Below are positions 28,167-37,796 of a stretch of 64,000 nt of DNA, piece by piece. Position numbers and translations under genes: made by a program. Origin of the DNA: an uncultured Gammaproteobacteria bacterium (GTDB taxonomy: Bacteria > Patescibacteriota > Microgenomatia > UBA8517); contig CAZRGC010000001.1 in NCBI GenBank assembly GCA_964599625.1, forward strand, positions 244,959 to 308,958. The letters run 5' to 3'. Numbering within the stretch: the first letter of the stretch is position 1; every line of letters begins with the position of its first letter. The notes beneath the pieces are model-generated. The model saw only the letters and a list, made by a program, of their open reading frames with translations. It ran no database searches and was not told the DNA's origin.

Positions 28167-29264
28167 ATGAAAAACACAATTCAGTGCCCATTTTGTAATA
28201 AAGAGTTTGAAGCCACTGATGCCCTTAAACATCAAATTGAGGAGCAGCTCAAAGAGTCATTGGATGTAAAACACAAACTGGATCTGGAACAGGCAAAAAA
28301 ACAGGCAGCAAGTGAAGCTTCTGCAAATATCACAAAAGATTTGGAAGCCGAACGCGAACGCTCAAAAAAGTTAACTTCGCAAATAGATGAACTTTTGGGA
28401 GAAGTGAGAAAACTAAGGGAAAAAGATGAAGAACGCGAGATAGAAATGAAAAAGCGATTATTGGAGGAGGAGGAAAAAATCAAAAAAGATGTCAGGCAGA
28501 AGTCCGAGGATGAGCACAAGCTTAAGGATTTGGAAAAAGACAAAAAACTTCAGGATGCTTTGGACCAAATAGAATCCTTAAAGACAAAAATCCAACAAGG
28601 CTCACAGCAAACTCAAGGTGAAACTTTGGAATTGGAAATGGAAACAAAATTGAGGTCCGAATTCCCAACTGATGTTATTACGGAGGTTAAAAAGGGTCAA
28701 AGGGGAGCGGACATCTCACAGGAGGTCATTGACAGAAACGGCAGAAACTGTGGAAAGATTTTGTGGGAAAGTAAAAATGCCCAGTGGAGCGAAGGTTGGC
28801 TGGACAAACTTAAGGAAGACCAGAGACAAGCAAAAGCAGACATTTCTGTGCTTGTAAGTGTCAACTTGCCCGAAGGAGTAGAAAGCTTTGTGTACAAAAA
28901 CGGCGTTTGGATTTGCGGTGTCAAATATTTTGTTGGTTTGGCTTTTGCTTTGCGATACAACTTGGTTAGTTTGCATAATGAGCGGATTTCAAGCGAAGGT
29001 AAGGATGAAAAAATGAAGATTTTATACTCATACCTTACCGGTTCTGAGTTTCGCAATAGGGTATCGGGAATTGTAGACGCATTTAGTAACCTGCAGGAAG
29101 AGTTGGAAAAAGAAAAACGGTATTTTAATGTTAAATGGGCAAAACAAGAAAAAGAAATCAGAAAAGTAATTGACCATACACACGGGATGTACGGCGACCT
29201 TCAGGCAGTAATTGGCAAGAGTTTACCCGAAATCAAGACCATGGAACTTGAGGGAGGTGACTAA
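28167..29264 (+). CDS. DUF2130-like protein: N-terminal zinc ribbon (CPFCNKEF), long Glu/Lys-rich coiled coil, conserved C-terminal domain
   Basis: Architecture and C-terminal block (GQRGADISQEV...NCGKILWESKN...WSEGWLDKLKEDQR) match the DUF2130 family as I recall it. Confidence 0.55.
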   Translation: MKNTIQCPFCNKEFEATDALKHQIEEQLKESLDVKHKLDLEQAKKQAASEASANITKDLEAERERSKKLTSQIDELLGEVRKLREKDEEREIEMKKRLLEEEEKIKKDVRQKSEDEHKLKDLEKDKKLQDALDQIESLKTKIQQGSQQTQGETLELEMETKLRSEFPTDVITEVKKGQRGADISQEVIDRNGRNCGKILWESKNAQWSEGWLDKLKEDQRQAKADISVLVSVNLPEGVESFVYKNGVWICGVKYFVGLAFALRYNLVSLHNERISSEGKDEKMKILYSYLTGSEFRNRVSGIVDAFSNLQEELEKEKRYFNVKWAKQEKEIRKVIDHTHGMYGDLQAVIGKSLPEIKTMELEGGD

Positions 29265-30013
29265 ATTTTCTTTGGCTTCCAATGACTTTTTGTGGGAACA
29301 ATAATTTCTCCAAGGGAAACAAAGTCCGAAGCTTGGGAATCTTTGAAATAGGAAACGTTTAAACCCAGTCTATTTGAAAAATCAGTGTTTAGTACGGCAA
29401 AGTAGTCGCCCTTTATTCTGCTTCTTGTGCGAACACCGCCTGTGTAAAATGCATCCAAAATCCCCCTGCCATGACGTGATTTGTAGGCAAGTTCCAAATC
29501 CACAAAATCCGCGACTTTTCCCAGAATGGCGGTTGTGCCGGGTATTTCTTTTTCTATTTGCTTTTTGAATTTAAGAAAAACTTTCTTTTGTTCCGGAAAA
29601 GTTTTTTCGTATGTGTCCCAAAGACTTATTTTATAAGGATTGACCGCAACCTCACCTTTAAAAGAAACCTCTTGTTCAAATGGAAGTCCTTTTTCCCAGG
29701 TCCTGACCACATGGTGGGCGTCAAGCATTTTTTCCAATGTTAATCCGTCGAGTCTGTATATCTCATACCCCTTTTCGGATAACTTAATTCTTTGTTCTTT
29801 GGAGAAGCTAGGGAAGTTGAGTCTGAGCTCTTCCTGTCTTTTAGCACCTTCTTCCAAAGCTTTTCTGAATTTTTCGGAAGCTTCCTGGCGCTCTTTGAAG
29901 GTGGTTACCGAATTTGCCGAAATTTCGGCAAGAATTTTGACTACCCCAGTCATATCCGGGCCCGGGTTGGCCCAGGATCTTCTGTGAGGATTGTCCCTAT
30001 CGGGATAAGACAT
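29261..30013 (-). CDS. Hypothetical protein (250 aa)
   Basis: Long ORF with no recognisable motif. Overlaps the previous stop. Confidence 0.5.
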   Translation of the reverse strand: MSYPDRDNPHRRSWANPGPDMTGVVKILAEISANSVTTFKERQEASEKFRKALEEGAKRQEELRLNFPSFSKEQRIKLSEKGYEIYRLDGLTLEKMLDAHHVVRTWEKGLPFEQEVSFKGEVAVNPYKISLWDTYEKTFPEQKKVFLKFKKQIEKEIPGTTAILGKVADFVDLELAYKSRHGRGILDAFYTGGVRTRSRIKGDYFAVLNTDFSNRLGLNVSYFKDSQASDFVSLGEIIVPTKSHWKPKKI

Positions 30014-30025
30014 GAGAGAAATATA

Positions 30026-30283
30026 TCACGTTCTGTCTTTCCAATTCCACCATTTCAGGAGTTCTGGTTTGTGAGTTTTATTTTCGGCAAAGTAAACCGC
30101 ACAGCGGAAAACATAAAGCATACATCTGTCTACATGTGTTCCCATTCTATTCATGAGTGCCCTGTACATTATTTCGGGGTTTTTGCCTTTGAGGTCTTCT
30201 ATTTTTTTGATTCCAATACTTTGTAAATCTTTTGCGATACTTTTTCCTACTCCCGGGATTTTTGTTAAAGGATCAAAGCCCAT
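30026..30283 (-). CDS. Small helix-hairpin-helix domain protein (85 aa)
   Basis: LTKIPGVGKSIAKDL is an HhH motif. The family resembles small HhH proteins (Cdd1/PF11731-like). Confidence 0.55.
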   Translation of the reverse strand: MGFDPLTKIPGVGKSIAKDLQSIGIKKIEDLKGKNPEIMYRALMNRMGTHVDRCMLYVFRCAVYFAENKTHKPELLKWWNWKDRT

Positions 30284-30286
30284 GTT

Positions 30287-31057
30287 TTGGAGATATTAGC
30301 AGGAAACGCCAAATTTTGCACCCGGAGGTATAATATGGGTATGAACGAGCAAAAAGGAGGTAGAAATTTTGGTGCAGGGACTTTTTTGGGAGACACGGGC
30401 ATTGATTTTTTTGACCAGGCAATCGACGTGCAAGTGGAACAAATGGGCTGGTCTCACGCATGCCCCGTGATTGATGAGGTTGTATCCAAGTACGGCGCAG
30501 AGTGGACTCTCAAAAGATATGCCGAAACAAATTTTGTTTTTGGAGTGATTACCTCTGAAGCCAAAAAACACAGACCAAACTTGCATGACCAGTTGACACA
30601 ACCTGTTAAAAGACTGGAGAATGAAGTTCCCGGCCGCAGTTTTAATATGCGTTTTATTCCGGAGACTTTTCCCAAAGAAATGTCGCCTCTTTCAACCCCT
30701 TGGGGGTATGCTCTACCCCGTGTGATTGTGGAACAAATGGGCAGGGGGGAAAACAACAAAGACAGGACAGAACTTAGAATTTTGCGAGCCCTGAGTGTGA
30801 TCGAAAGCGGAGTCAAAAAATCAAGATCTCCTGTTGAACTTTTGGTTCGTACGGGAGAGATGGTTACACATCTTGATGCAGATCCCAAAGCAGTTTTATC
30901 ACATATTTTGGCTGCTGGGATTTTGGAAGAAGAGGGCACAAAACAAATATTCAGAGAAATCAAAAGGCGTATTGATCAATGGGCACCCAACCTCAAGAAA
31001 GCATATAACTCAATGACCCCAGAGGAAAGAGTGGAGTTGGGAATAATAAGCTTCTAA
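30287..31057 (+). CDS. Hypothetical protein (256 aa)
   Basis: ORF only. Alternative start at MGMNEQ (30335). Confidence 0.5.
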   Translation: MEILAGNAKFCTRRYNMGMNEQKGGRNFGAGTFLGDTGIDFFDQAIDVQVEQMGWSHACPVIDEVVSKYGAEWTLKRYAETNFVFGVITSEAKKHRPNLHDQLTQPVKRLENEVPGRSFNMRFIPETFPKEMSPLSTPWGYALPRVIVEQMGRGENNKDRTELRILRALSVIESGVKKSRSPVELLVRTGEMVTHLDADPKAVLSHILAAGILEEEGTKQIFREIKRRIDQWAPNLKKAYNSMTPEERVELGIISF

Positions 31058-31072
31058 AAAGTAGGGTGGATA

Positions 31073-31312
31073 TTGATTTTTTGTTGTTACGGTTCTACTA
31101 TGAATATAGTTATGTCCAAAAGATCTGCCAAATCTGTTAAGTCCTCCAGGTCTACCTATCCCGTTGCCAATACCCATCACCTTTTGCTAGCGGGTGCCGC
31201 GGCCACATTGGCTGTTGCAGTTGGGCTTTTGACAATTCTTTTGCATCAAAAAGCGTTGGTTTCTCCAAAGGGTGTAGTCAGTGGGGTAAGCACCGAATCT
31301 TCGTTAAGATAG
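31073..31312 (+). CDS. Hypothetical small membrane-anchored protein (possibly starting at 31100)
   Basis: Single hydrophobic helix LLLAGAAATLAVAVGLLTILL. Weak support. Confidence 0.3.
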   Translation: MIFCCYGSTMNIVMSKRSAKSVKSSRSTYPVANTHHLLLAGAAATLAVAVGLLTILLHQKALVSPKGVVSGVSTESSLR

Positions 31313-31361
31313 TATTTATGCTTCGTTAGTAATACTTTATTTTATACACATTGTTTGTGTG

Positions 31362-31390
31362 TTGACATTTAAGTAAATTAGAGTTAAAAA
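31362..31390 (+). promoter_or_regulatory. Sigma-70-like promoter: TTGACA (31362-31367), 17-nt spacer, TAAAAA, in an AT-rich 87-nt intergenic region
   Basis: Read directly. Lies 10-20 nt upstream of the GHKL gene start, implying a near-leaderless transcript. Confidence 0.35.
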
Positions 31391-31399
31391 TAGTTAATT

Positions 31400-33166
31400 G
31401 TGATTAATATGAGTAAATTAAATACAAAAATAATTTCAACTGAAGAAGCAGCAAAACTATTGGGTGTTACCAGACAAACGCTTTACAAACTTGCGGACAA
31501 GAAAGAAATTCGCGGGCGGAAAGTTGGCAGGAAGTATAAGTTCATGGAACAAGATGTTTTATCCTACGTGAGTACACATTTTGAAAAAGAAGATGACGGA
31601 TACAGGGAGTGGGAACTCAAGGGAGACTTTGCAACCGAGGGAATTAAAAAGATGGCTAAGCGAACTTTTCAAGAACTTGCCTCCAATATTGAAGAGCTTA
31701 TAGCAAACTCATATGACGCCGACGCTACCAATGTTAAAGTTGTTGTTAATAACGACAAACGAACTTTAAGCATTATTGACAACGGTCTTGGTATGGACGA
31801 GGAAGCCTTGACTTCGTTTGTCGTCTATGGGAAAAGTGATAAAGACTCCAGCTATCATTCACCTAAATTTAAGAGATCTCCAATTGGCGAGTATGGAATG
31901 GGTGGAAAACTAGCCATCACAAATATATGTCGCAAATGCAAGATAATTACTAGGAAAAATGGTCTTGAACATATCTTTAACATGAATAGGGCCGACTTGG
32001 ACAAAGCAAAGTATATTAGCGACCTAAAGAGTAAAGTCATAACAAAGCGGTGTGACCCCACATTTACCGGCACGGAAATATACATGGAAGACTTGTTTTC
32101 GAGAACAATTGACACCGATAGGCTTCAGGAACGTTTTTCTACCAAGATGCCGTTGAGTCAGAACTTTAAAATTGAACTTTTGTTGGTGGAAAATAACGAA
32201 AAAGTTGACTTAGAAATACGTGAGCCAATATTTGATTTCGAAAAAAAGTTCGATTTTGATGACGTTTTGCCCAAGGTTGGAAATGTAAAAATGACTATCT
32301 TTTTTACAAAGGAGCCTATACCCGCAACGAAACAAGGTGTTTGGACAAAAGTTAACGGAAGAATAGTGAATGAAAAAGCCGAATGGTTTGATCTTTTTAA
32401 AGCAACATCAGGTCATAGATATAGGTACAGACTTTTCGGCTATGGCGAAGCAGATGGGTTGAAAGATTATGTAACTTTTTCCAAGAACGATTTTATAGAT
32501 TGCCCAGAATACAATGAATATTGGGAGTTTGGCCACAAAAACATCGTTAAAGTTCAAAACGCATTATTAAAAGAAGACGAAAATGCCAAAAAAGAACACG
32601 ATCGAACAGTGGTGAAGACGGTTGAAAAGGTTGTTAATGAAATAATTTCAAAATTAGATGATCCCCAAACACTTGGCCAGTTGGAAGCACGCATTAAAAA
32701 AGAATTCACCAAGGAAAAAGAAAATGCACCAGAAAATCCTTACCCAAATATTGACGTGATCGAAAAGGAGGCCGAAAAGGTGGCGTCAAATGTAAAACGT
32801 GGAAAGGACAAAAGGGAGAGGAGAAACCAATCAATTGCACCAAGCGATAGAGCTTCGTATTCAGGTAAAAACTATATTATCGTTCCCGTAGACCTTTCTG
32901 AAAATGGTGATATTGTAAAGTTTACAAAAGACAAAAATCTCATTGAAATAAACGAACGCCACCCATTGTATACACGAGCTTCACGCAATAGTTCATTGGA
33001 GGACTTAATAATGAACCTTTCCTTTACCGAAATTGCATATGATTACAGTGATGGAAATTTTGTAAGTTTTGACACTGTATTTAATGAACTTGCAAGAATT
33101 GCATCAAAACATGCCAAGGTGAACGAAGTTTTTGAAATGCCGGCCGACATTCAAAATGAAATCTGA
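31400..33166 (+). CDS. HTH (excisionase/MerR-type) - GHKL (Bergerat-fold, MORC/Hsp90-like) ATPase protein, 588 aa
   Basis: N-terminal EAAKLLGVTRQTLYKLADKKEIRGRKVGRKYKF HTH. N-box ELIANSYDADA, G1 box IIDNGLGM, G2 box IGEYGMGGKLA. Long C-terminal region has a possible transducer-like domain and a Lys/Glu-rich segment. ATG at 31409 is the likely start; the track uses GTG at 31400. Confidence 0.7.
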   Translation: MINMSKLNTKIISTEEAAKLLGVTRQTLYKLADKKEIRGRKVGRKYKFMEQDVLSYVSTHFEKEDDGYREWELKGDFATEGIKKMAKRTFQELASNIEELIANSYDADATNVKVVVNNDKRTLSIIDNGLGMDEEALTSFVVYGKSDKDSSYHSPKFKRSPIGEYGMGGKLAITNICRKCKIITRKNGLEHIFNMNRADLDKAKYISDLKSKVITKRCDPTFTGTEIYMEDLFSRTIDTDRLQERFSTKMPLSQNFKIELLLVENNEKVDLEIREPIFDFEKKFDFDDVLPKVGNVKMTIFFTKEPIPATKQGVWTKVNGRIVNEKAEWFDLFKATSGHRYRYRLFGYGEADGLKDYVTFSKNDFIDCPEYNEYWEFGHKNIVKVQNALLKEDENAKKEHDRTVVKTVEKVVNEIISKLDDPQTLGQLEARIKKEFTKEKENAPENPYPNIDVIEKEAEKVASNVKRGKDKRERRNQSIAPSDRASYSGKNYIIVPVDLSENGDIVKFTKDKNLIEINERHPLYTRASRNSSLEDLIMNLSFTEIAYDYSDGNFVSFDTVFNELARIASKHAKVNEVFEMPADIQNEI

Positions 33167-33989
33167 AAACATAGTTAAAAAACGAAAAAAGTACCGATTT
33201 ATAAACAGAAAACATTATCAGCCATCCGAGGTTGACAAAGAAAGGATGCGGTTGGTTAAGCGCCTTTACGACGAATACGGGACACTTAGTAAGGTTGGTA
33301 GCTTGTTGAAACTTACGCGCGAACGAGTTAGGCAGCTTTTGAACAAGGGGGAAAAATACAAACTGTTTACATATGAGTTAACAAGGGATAGGGTTTTGGG
33401 TGAAGCTGTAAATAGAATAAGTAAGGAACGGTTGAGGGATCTGATTTTTACTACTAAAAACCAATTTGATATATCTTCAATCTTGGAAATAGATATGCAC
33501 CTCCTTCAAAGGTTGATGAAATATTACAATATTGACCTGGAGTCATATAAGCAGGATGCAAGGTATAAAAAATGTATTTCTCAGTATTCAGAGATGGTTA
33601 GTCAGATTGGTTATCATCCTTCAACAACGGTTATGCAAAGGAACAAAGAATGGAGAAAGATTTGGGTAAAAATCGATAGGTTATGGGGAAGCTTCGACAA
33701 CTTTAGGAGGGAATTCGGAATCCAAAAACCAAAACATAAGATGCACCCAAACACTATTGTGGCCTGGCGTTTGAGTAAAGAGAAAAGAATGGCAAAAAAG
33801 AAAGAAAAAGTTAGCAATGTTTATAAACTTGTTAAAAACTCTGGCCCAATAGGTTGTTTGAAGATATCCAAACAGACTGGTTACAGGAGACAAAACGTAA
33901 ACATATACTTGAATCAGTTAATTAGCTCAGGAGTAATCCAAAGGATCGGCGAAGGAGTGAAGACACTTTATATCCCTGTAAGCAATTAG
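33132..33989 (+). CDS. Putative DNA-binding regulator with sigma-70 region-4-like HTH and C-terminal winged helix
   Basis: TLSKVGSLLKLTRERVRQLL resembles the sigma region 4 HTH. C-terminal VYKLVKNSGPIGCLKISKQTGYRRQNVNIYLNQLISSGVIQRIGEG is MarR/ArsR-like wHTH. Start may be MKSENIV at 33156. Overlaps the GHKL gene's end. Confidence 0.5.
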   Translation: MKCRPTFKMKSENIVKKRKKYRFINRKHYQPSEVDKERMRLVKRLYDEYGTLSKVGSLLKLTRERVRQLLNKGEKYKLFTYELTRDRVLGEAVNRISKERLRDLIFTTKNQFDISSILEIDMHLLQRLMKYYNIDLESYKQDARYKKCISQYSEMVSQIGYHPSTTVMQRNKEWRKIWVKIDRLWGSFDNFRREFGIQKPKHKMHPNTIVAWRLSKEKRMAKKKEKVSNVYKLVKNSGPIGCLKISKQTGYRRQNVNIYLNQLISSGVIQRIGEGVKTLYIPVSN

Positions 33990-34438
33990 TCTTCAGTTGG
34001 AGATATATAAGGAAGCATTAAGTTGAACAGATGTTCGTTGAGGAATATTTTTTGCATGATCAAAGTGTTTGCTTCTTCCTGCTTGTCTAATGCAGTCCAA
34101 AGTGGGTCTTTGTCAGCCATTACACTTTCCTCTACAACTTCCAAAGTTTTTCCCGAAAATTTATCTTCTCTAATGGACCAGGCGATTGCGCGATAAGCCA
34201 AAATATATGTTGCCCCTGTTTGTATGGTTCTGTGGGCGTGCTCGAACAATGCCCCAAGTGTTTCTGTTGTAAGATCATCGTTTCTTATGAGGGCCTCCAG
34301 AGTTCTGCTGCACGCTGCCAGTTCTTCACCCATTCTTTCAACCTCTGACGGATTACCAAAAGTTTCGTAAAAACGCCTTATTTGCTCTTTTGCGGGTAGT
34401 TCGCTTGGATCTTCTTCTTGGTGATTTTCCGGACTCAT
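33986..34438 (-). CDS. Hypothetical protein (150 aa)
   Basis: ORF only. Confidence 0.5.
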   Translation of the reverse strand: MSPENHQEEDPSELPAKEQIRRFYETFGNPSEVERMGEELAACSRTLEALIRNDDLTTETLGALFEHAHRTIQTGATYILAYRAIAWSIREDKFSGKTLEVVEESVMADKDPLWTALDKQEEANTLIMQKIFLNEHLFNLMLPYISPTED

Positions 34439-34482
34439 GGGTGAAGTGTAACACAGAAGATCCAGATTCCAAGGGGAAAGAC

Positions 34483-35127
34483 TTATCTCAAAAATTTCTG
34501 AAGGGCTTGGGTTGCCACCTCCAAGTCTTCTTTGTTAATTATGAAAGAAAACTCGGTGTAGGTGGAAATAACTTCCGTAAAATTGATTTTATGAACTGCC
34601 AAAGCGGCTTGAATTGTATATAGCACATTTGGCACTGGCAAGTATTCTTGGGAAAACCTAACAGTCACACCAACCCTGTCCCTGTAGCTTGCTTTGGGTT
34701 CCTGGCCAAAGTGTTCGACAATTGCATCAAAAAGCGATTGAGGAGCAATTACCGTAATTTCTGTCATGCTTTGTGTCACCGTAAAAAAGGCGTTTTCGGG
34801 AACTGTTATTTTTTGGTAAAGGCTGGCGAGTTTTTCCCTGGTTTCGGTAGTTTTGGCAAAAGAAATATCACACAGAGGGGATTTGATACTTAGGTCGTCC
34901 AGAGATACTTGCGGTCTAAGGTTTGTAAACCCACTCTCCTCCTGAGAAATCCTTGTTAGTGCCACAACAATAGTTCCTTTGTTCACTTTTTTGAAAGTTT
35001 TTTCTTCTACCTGCTGCAGGATTTTTTGGGCATAGGCGCTAAAGTTCAAAAGTCCCTCATTCATGGCCTGAAGTGCCACGTCGTCTTCCATAAGTATAGT
35101 TCTGGTTGCTTCGGTAATGGTCACCAT
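34483..35127 (-). CDS. Hypothetical protein, possible tandem ACT-like fold (214 aa)
   Basis: Weak resemblance to ACT-domain repeats. Not secure. Confidence 0.45.
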   Translation of the reverse strand: MVTITEATRTILMEDDVALQAMNEGLLNFSAYAQKILQQVEEKTFKKVNKGTIVVALTRISQEESGFTNLRPQVSLDDLSIKSPLCDISFAKTTETREKLASLYQKITVPENAFFTVTQSMTEITVIAPQSLFDAIVEHFGQEPKASYRDRVGVTVRFSQEYLPVPNVLYTIQAALAVHKINFTEVISTYTEFSFIINKEDLEVATQALQKFLR

Positions 35128-35224
35128 AATTGTTATATTTATTACAAATAATGTATTTTTGTTAAATACTTTTAGTTATTTTACATTATTCAATCTCAAA
35201 AGTACAATTCAAGTTTGTCTTACT

Positions 35225-36118
35225 ATGTCAAACGAACGATTGATAGAACAGGTGCAAGGTGTACAAAGCCTTTATAGCGGCGTAAACCATAATGCCAGTT
35301 GGGAGAGGAGTTACAACGCAGACGGGCGTGTTTACTCAAAACCCGCACACATAAATGAAGATTGGAGGGAATTTTTGTACGAGTCGGTTAATCAAAACCG
35401 CAGACGGGCGCTGATGCGCTGTTATGTAAGCAATGACATTTTGGGACAGCTGTCTGAGCTCCCTATAGAAGCAGCTGTGCCAATGGGTAAAGAGTATTTA
35501 ATTTGGGTTGGTCAAAACAGGCATCCAAAAGTGTCAAAAACACGTGACGTGGTAAATTTACCCGCTTCCCAAGACACTTTGCTTCCGGGCAGGTTTAGAG
35601 TTGATACGAGTCTTCGTGCGGAAGACGCTGTAAAGCTTACGGAACTTTGGGGGCAGTTTGGCTGGACCCGCGAGGCGGTTGGTGATTTTGTCACAAACAG
35701 CGCAAACGGAAACCCAATTGTATTGATAAGAAATAACGAGGGGGAAGTTGTTGGGGTAATGACTGCGGAGTCTGTGGAATTTGGCGCGCGCCGTTTGGTG
35801 GAAATCACGGAATTATCGGTGGACGCCAGATATCGGGGTAAACATTTGGCATCAATTCTTATTCGTGAGTTATCCAAACTCAGTTTGGAGCATTGGCAGG
35901 ATGCATTGGTGTTTGGTGAATACAATCTTACAACCCGTTCTTACCAGTCGGCTGCTCGGGCGGGGCAGCTTCCCGGACAAATTGGGGCAGTTGATGGGGT
36001 GTTACGAGATCATGTTGGCATAGAAACAGGCATGGGAAATCAAACGGTAGAAGATTGGGACACTCGTTGGCTGCATAATTTTCTTGTAATGTACCAACCA
36101 AACGGAAAAATCCGCTAA
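35225..36118 (+). CDS. Protein with C-terminal GNAT N-acetyltransferase domain
   Basis: GEVVGVMTAE...LSVDARYRGKHLASILIREL is the GNAT motif A (R-x-x-G-x-A) region. N-terminal 180 aa unassigned. The ORF-track start at 35117 is preceded by no RBS and encodes a hydrophobic junk extension. Confidence 0.6.
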   Translation: MSNERLIEQVQGVQSLYSGVNHNASWERSYNADGRVYSKPAHINEDWREFLYESVNQNRRRALMRCYVSNDILGQLSELPIEAAVPMGKEYLIWVGQNRHPKVSKTRDVVNLPASQDTLLPGRFRVDTSLRAEDAVKLTELWGQFGWTREAVGDFVTNSANGNPIVLIRNNEGEVVGVMTAESVEFGARRLVEITELSVDARYRGKHLASILIRELSKLSLEHWQDALVFGEYNLTTRSYQSAARAGQLPGQIGAVDGVLRDHVGIETGMGNQTVEDWDTRWLHNFLVMYQPNGKIR

Positions 36119-36122
36119 TAAT

Positions 36123-37136
36123 ATGAACGTTTATTACAATTCACATCACAAAAAACACAATCCGCCCAATGAAATATTTAACGGCAATCGTGATATGCAT
36201 CAGGAAGTGCCGGAAAGAGTGGATCAGATTTTGCGTGCCTTGGAAAATACCAACCACATAATTACCGACATCCGCCCAGACGCAACAGAAACAAAAGCTC
36301 TAACTTCAACTTTGTCCAAAATACACAAGCGGGAATATGTTGAATATTTGCAACAAACCGACTTTGGCGGTGAATATGTTTATCCTAGTGTTTTTCCGTA
36401 TCGTAACGAAACTTATTTTTCCGATCATCCCGTTGCTGCACGCGGTTATTATAGTTTTGATACATACACACCGTTAAGTGACACTACTTATGCTGCTGCG
36501 TTGGAGTCTGCATTTTTAGCACAAAAATCAGCAAGCGAGGTTCTTGTAACAGGTGAAACAAGTTATGCTCTTTGCAGACCCCCGGGACACCATGCCGAGC
36601 CAGCAAGAATGGGTGGGTATTGTTACTTTAATAATGGCGGTGTCGCCGCACAAACTTTATTGGATGCGGATCCCAAAAACCGTGTGACAATTTTGGATGT
36701 GGATTTTCATCACGGAAACGGTGCAGAAAAAATATTCGGAGAGACAGATCGCGTCCTGACAATTTCCATCCATGCGGACCCCAACCAAAAATTCCCTTTT
36801 TTTTCGGGACAAAAAACAAGCGAATACATTGGCAACGTTAATTATCCGATGTCTTTGGGAACTGGAAATATTGAATATGAAAAAGTTTTGCATTTGGCAC
36901 TAAAAGAAATAATAAAAAACAAAACAACACATCTTGTTGTATGTTTTGGTGCGGATACTCACGAAAGCGACCCTATTGGAGGTTTCAAACTTACAACTGA
37001 TTTTTATACAAAAATGGCCGGGCAAATTAACGAACCTGAAATTCCAACAGTCATTGTTCAGGAAGGTGGGTATAATACTTCTTTATTGGGGGATAATGTC
37101 GTCGCTTTTTTGGAGGGATTTAACCAGACTCTTTAA
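36123..37136 (+). CDS. Histone-deacetylase-family (HDAC/AcuC/acetylpolyamine amidohydrolase) zinc hydrolase
   Basis: LCRPPGHHAE, ILDVDFHHGNG and VVCFGADTHESDPIGG motifs of the arginase/deacetylase fold. Confidence 0.85.
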   Translation: MNVYYNSHHKKHNPPNEIFNGNRDMHQEVPERVDQILRALENTNHIITDIRPDATETKALTSTLSKIHKREYVEYLQQTDFGGEYVYPSVFPYRNETYFSDHPVAARGYYSFDTYTPLSDTTYAAALESAFLAQKSASEVLVTGETSYALCRPPGHHAEPARMGGYCYFNNGGVAAQTLLDADPKNRVTILDVDFHHGNGAEKIFGETDRVLTISIHADPNQKFPFFSGQKTSEYIGNVNYPMSLGTGNIEYEKVLHLALKEIIKNKTTHLVVCFGADTHESDPIGGFKLTTDFYTKMAGQINEPEIPTVIVQEGGYNTSLLGDNVVAFLEGFNQTL

Positions 37137-37786
37137 TCTCCGTATAAATAAACTAGGCCACCGACAATCACGTTTTTTACGTTCCTTATTAAATAAATTT
37201 GTTCTATCTCGCTCGGAAAGTCGTTGAGATATCGTCTGACGGGAAGAAAAAGATTGAGAATCGGAATTTCCGGCAAAATATCGTTACCGCCACAGCAGTT
37301 ATATTGCGGATAAGCAAACGGATCCCGTGTGCCGCTAAGCATCTCTGCAACCATTTTCTCTCCTTTGGTGTCTACAACTTCCTCTTTGAAACCACCGCCC
37401 TGATAAAGTTTTTCTATAGTGTTTTGGTCTTTTAACCTTATAAAGAATATGGGCAACCTTCCTGTTTCCTGGTCCCCGTAACCCAGAACTATTGTTAGTT
37501 TGTCATCTATCATTTTTCGAATATCCTGCTCACAGTTTTTGGTAACCGCTTTTGTATTGCACTCACTGGCCTTTGGAAATATATCGGTGAAGATGTACAT
37601 AATTTTGTCTTTATTGGATTGGAGCCAACCAGTCCTCATTTTGATTACTGATCGGTTATGCAAATCGTTGGAGTGTAAAAGAAATAGTGAAATGCCAAAA
37701 TATCCGGCAATTAAAATCCCTAGCAAAGCCAACAAAGACAGAAATGCAAGATTAATTTTCATAGTTTGGGACAATTTCTTATTCAT
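37133..37786 (-). CDS. Hypothetical secreted/membrane-anchored protein
   Basis: Signal/TM MKINLAFLSLLALLGILIAG. Start uncertain (37786 or 37762). Confidence 0.45.
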   Translation of the reverse strand: MNKKLSQTMKINLAFLSLLALLGILIAGYFGISLFLLHSNDLHNRSVIKMRTGWLQSNKDKIMYIFTDIFPKASECNTKAVTKNCEQDIRKMIDDKLTIVLGYGDQETGRLPIFFIRLKDQNTIEKLYQGGGFKEEVVDTKGEKMVAEMLSGTRDPFAYPQYNCCGGNDILPEIPILNLFLPVRRYLNDFPSEIEQIYLIRNVKNVIVGGLVYLYGD

Positions 37787-37796
37787 TAATTTTTGT

